Source: Lingula anatina
Lineage: Eukaryota > Animalia > Brachiopoda
DNA: 64,000 nucleotides
NCBI GenBank assembly: GCA_051362555.1
Contig: CM120640.1
Location: 52,120,788 to 52,184,787 of the forward strand
Reading direction: 5' to 3'
A program made the position numbers and the translations under genes. The notes below the pieces were generated by a model. The model saw only the letters and a program-made list of their open reading frames with translations, did no database searches and was not told the origin of the DNA. Numbering within the stretch: position 1 is the first letter of the stretch; each line of letters opens with the position of its first letter. Below are positions 52,701-64,000 of the stretch, piece by piece.

Positions 52701-55700
52701 TGCTAGCGCGGACAGTCATCGTCTACGACCATACCACGTTGAAAGCACCGGTTCTCGTCCGATCACCGAAGTTAAGCAACGTCGGGCCAGGTTAGTACTT
52801 GGATGGGTGACCGCCTGGGAATACCTGGTGCCGTAGACACGTTTTTGACATTTTATTCGTAGCCGATTTCAGTTTCTTTCACTTACCACTTTTTTTTCTT
52901 TAAGTTTTCAATTTTTTCCAAATCACAGTTGCGCCGTTGTCTTCGTCTATCAGTGCGTCGGGCCACGTCTGGACTAGGATGGAAGACCGCCTGGCCACCT
53001 TTACTTGTCCTTTTTAGCGTGGCATCAAACAGATGTGTCGATTCCGTTTCATTTCCTTTCCGTCGATCAAAAACAGAGGCTAGCGCGGACAGTCATCGTC
53101 TACGACCATACCACGTTGAAAGCACCGGTTCTCGTCCGATCACCGAAGTTAAGCAACGTCGGGCCAGGTTAGTACTTGGATGGGTGACCGCCTGGGAATA
53201 CCTGGTGCCGTAGACACGTTTTTGACATTTTATTCGTAGCCGATTTCAGTTTCTTTCACTTACCACTTTTTTTTCTTTAAGTTTTCAATTTTTTCCAAAT
53301 CACAGTTGCGCCGTTGTCTTCGTCTATCAGTGCGTCGGGCCACGTCTGGACTAGGATGGAAGACCGCCTGGCCACCTTTACTTGTCCTTTTTAGCGTGGC
53401 ATCAAACAGATGTGTCGATTCCGTTTCATTTCCTTTCCGTCGATCAAAAACAGAGGCTAGCGCGGACAGTCATCGTCTACGACCATACCACGTTGAAAGC
53501 ACCGGTTCTCGTCCGATCACCGAAGTTAAGCAACGTCGGGCCAGGTTAGTACTTGGATGGGTGACCGCCTGGGAATACCTGGTGCCGTAGACACGTTTTT
53601 GACATTTTATTCGTAGCCGATTTCAGTTTCTTTCACTTACCACTTTTTTTTCTTTAAGTTTTCAATTTTTTCCAAATCACAGTTGCGCCGTTGTCTTCGT
53701 CTATCAGTGCGTCGGGCCACGTCTGGACTAGGATGGAAGACCGCCTGGCCTCCTTTACTTGTCCTTTTTAGCGTGGCATCAAACAGATGTGTCGATTCCG
53801 TTTCATTTCCTTTCCGTCGATCAAAAACAGAGGCTAGCGCGGACAGTCATCGTCTACGACCATACCACGTTGAAAGCACCGGTTCTCGTCCGATCACCGA
53901 AGTTAAGCAACGTCGGGCCAGGTTAGTACTTGGATGGGTGACCGCCTGGGAATACCTGGTGCCGTAGACACGTTTTTGACATTTTATTCGTAGCCGATTT
54001 CAGTTTCTTTCACTTACCACTTTTTTTTCTTTAAGTTTTCAATTTTTTCCAAATCACAGTTGCGCCGTTGTCTTCGTCTATCAGTGCGTCGGGCCACGTC
54101 TGGACTAGGATGGAAGACCGCCTGGCCACCTTTACTTGTCCTTTTTAGCGTGGCATCAAACAGATGTGTCGATTCCGTTTCATTTCCTTTCCGTCGATCA
54201 AAAACAGTGCTAGCGCGGACAGTCATCGTCTACGACCATACCACGTTGAAAGCACCGGTTCTCGTCCGATCACCGAAGTTAAGCAACGTCGGGCCAGGTT
54301 AGTACTTGGATGGGTGACCGCCTGGGAATACCTGGTGCCGTAGACACGTTTTTGACATTTTATTCGTAGCCGATTTCAGTTTCTTTCACTTACCACTTTT
54401 TTTTCTTTAAGTTTTCAATTTTTTCCAAATCACAGTTGCGCCGTTGTCTTCGTCTATCAGTGCGTCGGGCCACGTCTGGACTAGGATGGAAGACCGCCTG
54501 GCCACCTTTACTTGTCCTTTTTAGCGTGGCATCAAACAGATGTGTCGATTCCGTTTCATTTCCTTTCCGTCGATCAAAAACAGTGCTAGCGCGGACAGTC
54601 ATCGTCTACGACCATACCACGTTGAAAGCACCGGTTCTCGTCCGATCACCGAAGTTAAGCAACGTCGGGCCAGGTTAGTACTTGGATGGGTGACCGCCTG
54701 GGAATACCTGGTGCCGTAGACACGTTTTTGACATTTTATTCGTAGCCGATTTCAGTTTCTTTCACTTACCACTTTTTTTTCTTTAAGTTTTCAATTTTTT
54801 CCAAATCACAGTTGCGCCGTTGTCTTCGTCTATCAGTGCGTCGGGCCACGTCTGGACTAGGATGGAAGACCGCCTGGCCACCTTTACTTGTCCTTTTTAG
54901 CGTGGCATCAAACAGATGTGTCGATTCCGTTTCATTTCCTTTCCGTCGATCAAAAACAGAGGCTAGCGCGGACAGTCATCGTCTACGACCATACCACGTT
55001 GAAAGCACCGGTTCTCGTCCGATCACCGAAGTTAAGCAACGTCGGGCCAGGTTAGTACTTGGATGGGTGACCGCCTGGGAATACCTGGTGCCGTAGACAC
55101 GTTTTTGACATTTTATTCGTAGCCGATTTCAGTTTCTTTCACTTACCACTTTTTTTTCTTTAAGTTTTCAATTTTTTCCAAATCACAGTTGCGCCGTTGT
55201 CTTCGTCTATCAGTGCGTCGGGCCACGTCTGGACTAGGATGGAAGACCGCCTGGCCACCTTTACTTGTCCTTTTTAGCGTGGCATCAAACAGATGTGTCG
55301 ATTCCGTTTCATTTCCTTTCCGTCGATCAAAAACAGAGGCTAGCGCGGACAGTCATCGTCTACGACCATACCACGTTGAAAGCACCGGTTCTCGTCCGAT
55401 CACCGAAGTTAAGCAACGTCAGGCCAGGTTAGTACTTGGATGGGTGACCGCCTGGGAATACCTGGTGCCGTAGACACGTTTTTGACATTTTATTCGTAGC
55501 CGATTTCAGTTTCTTTCACTTACCACTTTTTTTTCTTTAAGTTTTCAATTTTTTCCAAATCACAGTTGCGCCGTTGTCTTCGTCTATCAGTGCGTCGGGC
55601 CACGTCTGGACTAGGATGGAAGACCGCCTGGCCACCTTTACTTGTCCTTTTTAGCGTGGCATCAAACAGATGTGTCGATTCCGTTTCATTTCCTTTCCGT

Positions 55701-57615
55701 CGATCAAAAACAGTGCTAGCGCGGACAGTCATCGTCTACGACCATACCACGTTGAACGCACCGGTTCTCGTCCGATCACCGAAGTTAAGCAACGTCGGGC
55801 CAGGTTAGTACTTGGATGGGTGACCGCCTGGGAATACCTGGTGCCGTAGACACGTTTTTGACATTTTATTCGTAGCCGATTTCAGTTTCTTTCACTTACC
55901 ACTTTTTTTTCTTTAAGTTTTCAATTTTTTCCAAATCACAGTTGCGCCGTTGTCTTCGTCTATCAGTGCGTCGGGCCACGTCTGGACTAGGATGGAAGAC
56001 CGCCTGGCCACCTTTACTTGTCCTTTTTAGCGTGGCATCAAACAGATGTGTCGATTCCGTTTCATTTCCTTTCCGTCGATCAAAAACAGAGGCTAGCGCG
56101 GACAGTCATCGTCTACGACCATACCACGTTGAAAGCACCGGTTCTCGTCCGATCACCGAAGTTAAGCAACGTCGGGCCAGGTTAGTACTTGGATGGGTGA
56201 CCGCCTGGGAATACCTGGTGCCGTAGACACGTTTTTGACATTTTATTCGTAGCCGATTTCAGTTTCTTTCACTTACCACTTTTTTTTCTTTAAGTTTTCA
56301 ATTTTTTCCAAATCACAGTTGCGCCGTTGTCTTCGTCTATCAGTGCGTCGGGCCACGTCTGGACTAGGATGGAAGACCGCCTGGCCACCTTTACTTGTCC
56401 TTTTTAGCGTGGCATCAAACAGATGTGTCGATTCCGTTTCATTTCCTTTCCGTCGATCAAAAACAGTGCTAGCGCGGACAGTCATCGTCTACGACCATAC
56501 CACGTTGAAAGCACCGGTTCTCGTCCGATCACCGAAGTTAAGCAACGTCGGGCCAGGTTAGTACTTGGATGGGTGACCGCCTGGGAATACCTGGTGCCGT
56601 AGACACGTTTTTGACATTTTATTCGTAGCCGAATTCAGTTTCTTTCACTTACCACTTTTTTTTCTTTAAGTTTTCAATTTTTTCCAAATCACAGTTGCGC
56701 CGTTGTCTTCGTCTATCAGTGCGTCGGGCCACGTCTGGACTAGGATGGAAGACCGCCTGGCCACCTTTACTTGTCCTTTTTAGCGTGGCATCAAACAGAT
56801 GTGTCGATTCCGTTTCATTTCCTTTCCGTCGATCAAAAACAGTGCTAGCGCGGACAGTCATCGTCTACGACCATACCACGTTGAAAGCACCGGTTCTCGT
56901 CCGATCACCGAAGTTAAGCAACGTCGGGCCAGGTTAGTACTTGGATGGGTGACCGCCTGGGAATACCTGGTGCCGTAGACACGTTTTTGACATTTTATTC
57001 GTAGCCGATTTCAGTTTCTTTCACTTACCACTTTTTTTCCTTTAAGTTTTCAATTTTTTCCAAATCACAGTTGCGCCGTTGTCTTCGTCTATCAGTGCGT
57101 CGGGCCACGTCTGGACTAGGATGGAAGACCGCCTGGCCACCTTTACTTGTCCTTTTTAGCGTGGCATCAAACAGATGTGTCGATTCCGTTTCATTTCCTT
57201 TCCGTCGATCAAAAACAGTGCTAGCGCGGACAGTCATCGTCTACGACCATACCACGTTGAAAGCACCGGTTCTCGTCCGATCACCGAAGTTAAGCAACGT
57301 CGGGCCAGGTTAGTACTTGGATGGGTGACCGCCTGGGAATACCTGGTGCCGTAGACACGTTTTTGACATTTTATTCGTAGCCGATTTCAGTTTCTTTCAC
57401 TTACCACTTTTTTTTCTTTAAGTTTTCAATTTTTTCCAAATCACAGTTGCGCCGTTGTCTTCGTCTATCAGTGCGTCGGGCCACGTCTGGACTAGGATGG
57501 AAGACCGCCTGGCCACCTTTACTTGTCCTTTTTAGCGTGGCATCAAACAGATGTGTCGATTCCGTTTCATTTCCTTTCCGTCGATCAAAAACAGAGGCTA
57601 GCGCGGACAGTCATC

Positions 57616-57741
57616 GTCTACGACCATACCACGTTGAAAGCACCGGTTCTCGTCCGATCACCGAAGTTAAGCAACGTCGGGCCAGGTTAGTACTTGGATG
57701 GGTGACCGCCTGGGAATACCTGGAATACCTGGACAGTCATC
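57616..57741 (+). pseudogene. 3'-truncated 5S copy fused head-to-tail to the next 5S gene
   Basis: The 5S sequence runs to ...GGGAATACCTGG, then AATACCTGG repeats, then ACAGTCATC and a new 5S starts at 57742. Confidence 0.85.
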
Positions 57742-60700
57742 GTCTACGACCATACCACGTTGAAAGCACCGGTTCTCGTCCGATCACCGAAGTTAAGCAA
57801 CGTCGGGCCAGGTTAGTACTTGGATGGGTGACCGCCTGGGAATACCTGGTGCCGTAGACACGTTTTTGACATTTTATTCGTAGCCGATTTCAGTTTCTTT
57901 CACTTACCACTTTTTTTTCTTTAAGTTTTCAATTTTTTCCAAATCACAGTTGCGCCGTTGTCTTCGTCTATCAGTGCGTCGGGCCACGTCTGGACTAGGA
58001 TGGAAGACCGCCTGGCCACCTTTACTTGTCCTTTTTAGCGTGGCATCAAACAGATGTGTCGATTCCGTTTCATTTCCTTTCCGTCGATCAAAAACAGTGC
58101 TAGCGCGGACAGTCATCGTCTACGACCATACCACGTTGAAAGCACCGGTTCTCGTCCGATCACCGAAGTTAAGCAACGTCGGGCCAGGTTAGTACTTGGA
58201 TGGGTGACCGCCTGGGAATACCTGGTGCCGTAGACACGTTTTTGACATTTTATTCGTAGCCGATTTCAGTTTCTTTCACTTACCACTTTTTTTTCTTTAA
58301 GTTTTCAATTTTTTCCAAATCACAGTTGCGCCGTTGTCTTCGTCTATCAGTGCGTCGGGCCACGTCTGGACTAGGATGGAAGACCGCCTGGCCACCTTTA
58401 CTTGTCCTTTTTAGCGTGGCATCAAACAGATGTGTCGATTCCGTTTCATTTCCTTTCCGTCGATCAAAAACAGTGCTAGCGCGGACAGTCATCGTCTACG
58501 ACCATACCACGTTGAAAGCACCGGTTCTCGTCCGATCACCGAAGTTAAGCAACGTCGGGCCAGGTTAGTACTTGGATGGGTGACCGCCTGGGAATACCTG
58601 GTGCCGTAGACACGTTTTTGACATTTTATTCGTAGCCGATTTCAGTTTCTTTCACTTACCACTTTTTTTTCTTTAAGTTTTCAATTTTTTCCAAATCACA
58701 GTTGCGCCGTTGTCTTCGTCTATCAGTGCGTCGGGCCACGTCTGGACTAGGATGGAAGACCGCCTGGCCACCTTTACTTGTCCTTTTTAGCGTGGCATCA
58801 AACAGATGTGTCGATTCCGTTTCATTTCCTTTCCGTCGATCAAAAACAGTGCTAGCGCGGACAGTCATCGTCTACGACCATACCACGTTGAAAGCACCGG
58901 TTCTCGTCCGATCACCGAAGTTAAGCAACGTCGGGCCAGGTTAGTACTTGGATGGGTGACCGCCTGGGAATACCTGGTGCCGTAGACACGTTTTTGACAT
59001 TTTATTCGTAGCCGATTTCAGTTTCTTTCACTTACCACTTTTTTTTCTTTAAGTTTTCAATTTTTTCCAAATCACAGTTGCGCCGTTGTCTTCGTCTATC
59101 AGTGCGTCGGGCCACGTCTGGACTAGGATGGAAGACCGCCTGGCCACCTTTACTTGTCCTTTTTAGCGTGGCATCAAACAGATGTGTCGATTCCGTTTCA
59201 TTTCCTTTCCGTCGATCAAAAACAGTGCTAGCGCGGACAGTCATCGTCTACGACCATACCACGTTGAAAGCACCGGTTCTCGTCCGATCACCGAAGTTAA
59301 GCAACGTCGGGCCAGGTTAGTACTTGGATGGGTGACCGCCTGGGAATACCTGGTGCCGTAGACACGTTTTTGACATTTTATTCGTAGCCGATTTCAGTTT
59401 CTTTCACTTACCACTTTTTTTTCTTTAAGTTTTCAATTTTTTCCAAATCACAGTTGCGCCGTTGTCTTCGTCTATCAGTGCGTCGGGCCACGTCTGGACT
59501 AGGATGGAAGACCGCCTGGCCACCTTTACTTGTCCTTTTTAGCGTGGCATCAAACAGATGTGTCGATTCCGTTTCATTTCCTTTCCGTCGATCAAAAACA
59601 GTGCTAGCGCGGACAGTCATCGTCTACGACCATACCACGTTGAACGCACCGGTTCTCGTCCGATCACCGAAGTTAAGCAACGTCGGGCCAGGTTAGTACT
59701 TGGATGGGTGACCGCCTGGGAATACCTGGTGCCGTAGACACGTTTTTGACATTTTATTCGTAGCCGATTTCAGTTTCTTTCACTTACCACTTTTTTTTCT
59801 TTAAGTTTTCAATTTTTTCCAAATCACAGTTGCGCCGTTGTCTTCGTCTATCAGTGCGTCGGGCCACGTCTGGACTAGGATGGAAGACCGCCTGGCCACC
59901 TTTACTTGTCCTTTTTAGCGTGGCATCAAACAGATGTGTCGATTCCGTTTCATTTCCTTTCCGTCGATCAAAAACAGTGCTAGCGCGGACAGTCATCGTC
60001 TACGACCATACCACGTTGAACGCACCGGTTCTCGTCCGATCACCGAAGTTAAGCAACGTCGGGCCAGGTTAGTACTTGGATGGGTGACCGCCTGGGAATA
60101 CCTGGTGCCGTAGACACGTTTTTGACATTTTATTCGTAGCCGATTTCAGTTTCTTTCACTTACCACTTTTTTTTCTTTAAGTTTTCAATTTTTTCCAAAT
60201 CACAGTTGCGCCGTTGTCTTCGTCTATCAGTGCGTCGGGCCACGTCTGGACTAGGATGGAAGACCGCCTGGCCACCTTTACTTGTCCTTTTTAGCGTGGC
60301 ATCAAACAGATGTGTCGATTCCGTTTCATTTCCTTTCCGTCGATCAAAAACAGTGCTAGCGCGGACAGTCATCGTCTACGACCATACCACGTTGAAAGCA
60401 CCGGTTCTCGTCCGATCACCGAAGTTAAGCAACGTCGGGCCAGGTTAGTACTTGGATGGGTGACCGCCTGGGAATACCTGGTGCCGTAGACACGTTTTTG
60501 ACATTTTATTCGTAGCCGATTTCAGTTTCTTTCACTTACCACTTTTTTTCCTTTAAGTTTTCAATTTTTTCCAAATCACAGTTGCGCCGTTGTCTTCGTC
60601 TATCAGTGCGTCGGGCCACGTCTGGACTAGGATGGAAGACCGCCTGGCCACCTTTACTTGTCCTTTTTAGCGTGGCATCAAACAGATGTGTCGATTCCGT

Positions 60701-61126
60701 TTCATTTCCTTTCCGTCGATCAAAAACAGTGCTAGCGCGGACAGTCATCGTCTACGACCATACCACGTTGAAAGCACCGGTTCTCGTCCGATCACCGAAG
60801 TTAAGCAACGTCGGGCCAGGTTAGTACTTGGATGGGTGACCGCCTGGGAATACCTGGTGCCGTAGACACGTTTTTGACATTTTATTCGTAGCCGATTTCA
60901 GTTTCTTTCACTTACCACTTTTTTTTCTTTAAGTTTTCAATTTTTTCCAAATCACAGTTGCGCCGTTGTCTTCGTCTATCAGTGCGTCGGGCCACGTCTG
61001 GACTAGGATGGAAGACCGCCTGGCCACCTTTACTTGTCCTTTTTAGCGTGGCATCAAACAGATGTGTCGATTCCGTTTCATTTCCTTTCCGTCGATCAAA
61101 AACAGAGGCTAGCGCGGACAGTCATC

Positions 61127-61252
61127 GTCTACGACCATACCACGTTGAAAGCACCGGTTCTCGTCCGATCACCGAAGTTAAGCAACGTCGGGCCAGGTTA
61201 GTACTTGGATGGGTGACCGCCTGGGAATACCTGGAATACCTGGACAGTCATC
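61127..61252 (+). pseudogene. Second copy of the 3'-truncated 5S fusion
   Basis: Same junction as 57616-57741, 3511 bp downstream. Confidence 0.85.
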
Positions 61253-64000
61253 GTCTACGACCATACCACGTTGAAAGCACCGGTTCTCGTCCGATCACCG
61301 AAGTTAAGCAACGTCGGGCCAGGTTAGTACTTGGATGGGTGACCGCCTGGGAATACCTGGTGCCGTAGACACGTTTTTGACATTTTATTCGTAGCCGATT
61401 TCAGTTTCTTTCACTTACCACTTTTTTTTCTTTAAGTTTTCAATTTTTTCCAAATCACAGTTGCGCCGTTGTCTTCGTCTATCAGTGCGTCGGGCCACGT
61501 CTGGACTAGGATGGAAGACCGCCTGGCCACCTTTACTTGTCCTTTTTAGCGTGGCATCAAACAGATGTGTCGATTCCGTTTCATTTCCTTTCCGTCGATC
61601 AAAAACAGTGCTAGCGCGGACAGTCATCGTCTACGACCATACCACGTTGAAAGCACCGGTTCTCGTCCGATCACCGAAGTTAAGCAACGTCGGGCCAGGT
61701 TAGTACTTGGATGGGTGACCGCCTGGGAATACCTGGTGCCGTAGACACGTTTTTGACATTTTATTCGTAGCCGATTTCAGTTTCTTTCACTTACCACTTT
61801 TTTTTCTTTAAGTTTTCAATTTTTTCCAAATCACAGTTGCGCCGTTGTCTTCGTCTATCAGTGCGTCGGGCCACGTCTGGACTAGGATGGAAGACCGCCT
61901 GGCCACCTTTACTTGTCCTTTTTAGCGTGGCATCAAACAGATGTGTCGATTCCGTTTCATTTCCTTTCCGTCGATCAAAAACAGTGCTAGCGCGGACAGT
62001 CATCGTCTACGACCATACCACGTTGAAAGCACCGGTTCTCGTCCGATCACCGAAGTTAAGCAACGTCGGGCCAGGTTAGTACTTGGATGGGTGACCGCCT
62101 GGGAATACCTGGTGCCGTAGACACGTTTTTGACATTTTATTCGTAGCCGATTTCAGTTTCTTTCACTTACCACTTTTTTTTCTTTAAGTTTTCAATTTTT
62201 TCCAAATCACAGTTGCGCCGTTGTCTTCGTCTATCAGTGCGTCGGGCCACGTCTGGACTAGGATGGAAGACCGCCTGGCCACCTTTACTTGTCCTTTTTA
62301 GCGTGGCATCAAACAGATGTGTCGATTCCGTTTCATTTCCTTTCCGTCGATCAAAAACAGTGCTAGCGCGGACAGTCATCGTCTACGACCATACCACGTT
62401 GAAAGCACCGGTTCTCGTCCGATCACCGAAGTTAAGCAACGTCGGGCCAGGTTAGTACTTGGATGGGTGACCGCCTGGGAATACCTGGTGCCGTAGACAC
62501 GTTTTTGACATTTTATTCGTAGCCGATTTCAGTTTCTTTCACTTACCACTTTTTTTTCTTTAAGTTTTCAATTTTTTCCAAATCACAGTTGCGCCGTTGT
62601 CTTCGTCTATCAGTGCGTCGGGCCACGTCTGGACTAGGATGGAAGACCGCCTGGCCACCTTTACTTGTCCTTTTTAGCGTGGCATCAAACAGATGTGTCG
62701 ATTCCGTTTCATTTCCTTTCCGTCGATCAAAAACAGTGCTAGCGCGGACAGTCATCGTCTACGACCATACCACGTTGAAAGCACCGGTTCTCGTCCGATC
62801 ACCGAAGTTAAGCAACGTCGGGCCAGGTTAGTACTTGGATGGGTGACCGCCTGGGAATACCTGGTGCCGTAGACACGTTTTTGACATTTTATTCGTAGCC
62901 GATTTCAGTTTCTTTCACTTACCACTTTTTTTTCTTTAAGTTTTCAATTTTTTCCAAATCACAGTTGCGCCGTTGTCTTCGTCTATCAGTGCGTCGGGCC
63001 ACGTCTGGACTAGGATGGAAGACCGCCTGGCCACCTTTACTTGTCCTTTTTAGCGTGGCATCAAACAGATGTGTCGATTCCGTTTCATTTCCTTTCCGTC
63101 GATCAAAAACAGTGCTAGCGCGGACAGTCATCGTCTACGACCATACCACGTTGAAAGCACCGGTTCTCGTCCGATCACCGAAGTTAAGCAACGTCGGGCC
63201 AGGTTAGTACTTGGATGGGTGACCGCCTGGGAATACCTGGTGCCGTAGACACGTTTTTGACATTTTATTCGTAGCCGATTTCAGTTTCTTTCACTTACCA
63301 CTTTTTTTTCTTTAAGTTTTCAATTTTTTCCAAATCACAGTTGCGCCGTTGTCTTCGTCTATCAGTGCGTCGGGCCACGTCTGGACTAGGATGGAAGACC
63401 GCCTGGCCACCTTTACTTGTCCTTTTTAGCGTGGCATCAAACAGATGTGTCGATTCCGTTTCATTTCCTTTCCGTCGATCAAAAACAGTGCTAGCGCGGA
63501 CAGTCATCGTCTACGACCATACCACGTTGAAAGCACCGGTTCTCGTCCGATCACCGAAGTTAAGCAACGTCGGGCCAGGTTAGTACTTGGATGGGTGACC
63601 GCCTGGGAATACCTGGTGCCGTAGACACGTTTTTGACATTTTATTCGTAGCCGATTTCAGTTTCTTTCACTTACCACTTTTTTTTCTTTAAGTTTTCAAT
63701 TTTTTCCAAATCACAGTTGCGCCGTTGTCTTCGTCTATCAGTGCGTCGGGCCACGTCTGGACTAGGATGGAAGACCGCCTGGCCACCTTTACTTGTCCTT
63801 TTTAGCGTGGCATCAAACAGATGTGTCGATTCCGTTTCATTTCCTTTCCGTCGATCAAAAACAGTGCTAGCGCGGACAGTCATCGTCTACGACCATACCA
63901 CGTTGAAAGCACCGGTTCTCGTCCGATCACCGAAGTTAAGCAACGTCGGGCCAGGTTAGTACTTGGATGGGTGACCGCCTGGGAATACCTGGTGCCGTAG

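Larger units (their letters stand above)
40770..64000 (+). rRNA. 5S rRNA: 5S rDNA tandem block 5: about 61 units (41052...63885) without insertions, running off the window end
   Basis: 375-377-bp units, plus two 503-bp units. Confidence 0.98.

Noticed and set aside
1381-63959. About 200 repeated 70-136 aa ORFs (MRRCLRLSV..., MTVRASTV...)
   Set aside because: Incidental frames across the 5S gene and spacer, with non-ATG starts and frames that change with homopolymer length.
1219-64000. CRISPR-like repeat/spacer array
   Set aside because: Spacers are identical, the repeat is 5S rRNA, and the context is eukaryotic with spliceosomal introns.

Overview
Eukaryotic (metazoan, probably invertebrate; the 5S sequence resembles mollusc/lophotrochozoan 5S) genomic DNA covering the left edge and about 63 kb of a tandem 5S rDNA array. 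The array has about 101 units of 376-377 bp on the + strand, and nearly all short ORFs in the track are artefacts of this repeat. Five DNA-transposon insertions interrupt 5S genes. Three are large, intron-containing, apparently intact DDE transposons inserted at exactly the same site (TGGGAAT, 5S nt 96-102) and in the same orientation: two near-identical copies of family A (5081-12670, 33181-40769) and one copy of a diverged family B (16440-24889). They have 7-bp TSDs and only GGC...GCC termini. Their ~1.4-kaa transposases carry N-terminal C2H2 fingers and D/D/DxxH/E motifs, consistent with 5S-rDNA-specific Dada-superfamily transposons. Family A ends in a degenerate copy of its own 5S target. 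The other insertions are a 1.1-kb non-autonomous piggyBac-like element in the box-A TTAA of one 5S gene and a 484-bp TIR element in a decayed 5S copy at the array edge. Every spacer contains a 5S-derived pseudo-fragment, and two units carry a rearrangement next to the Dada target site.
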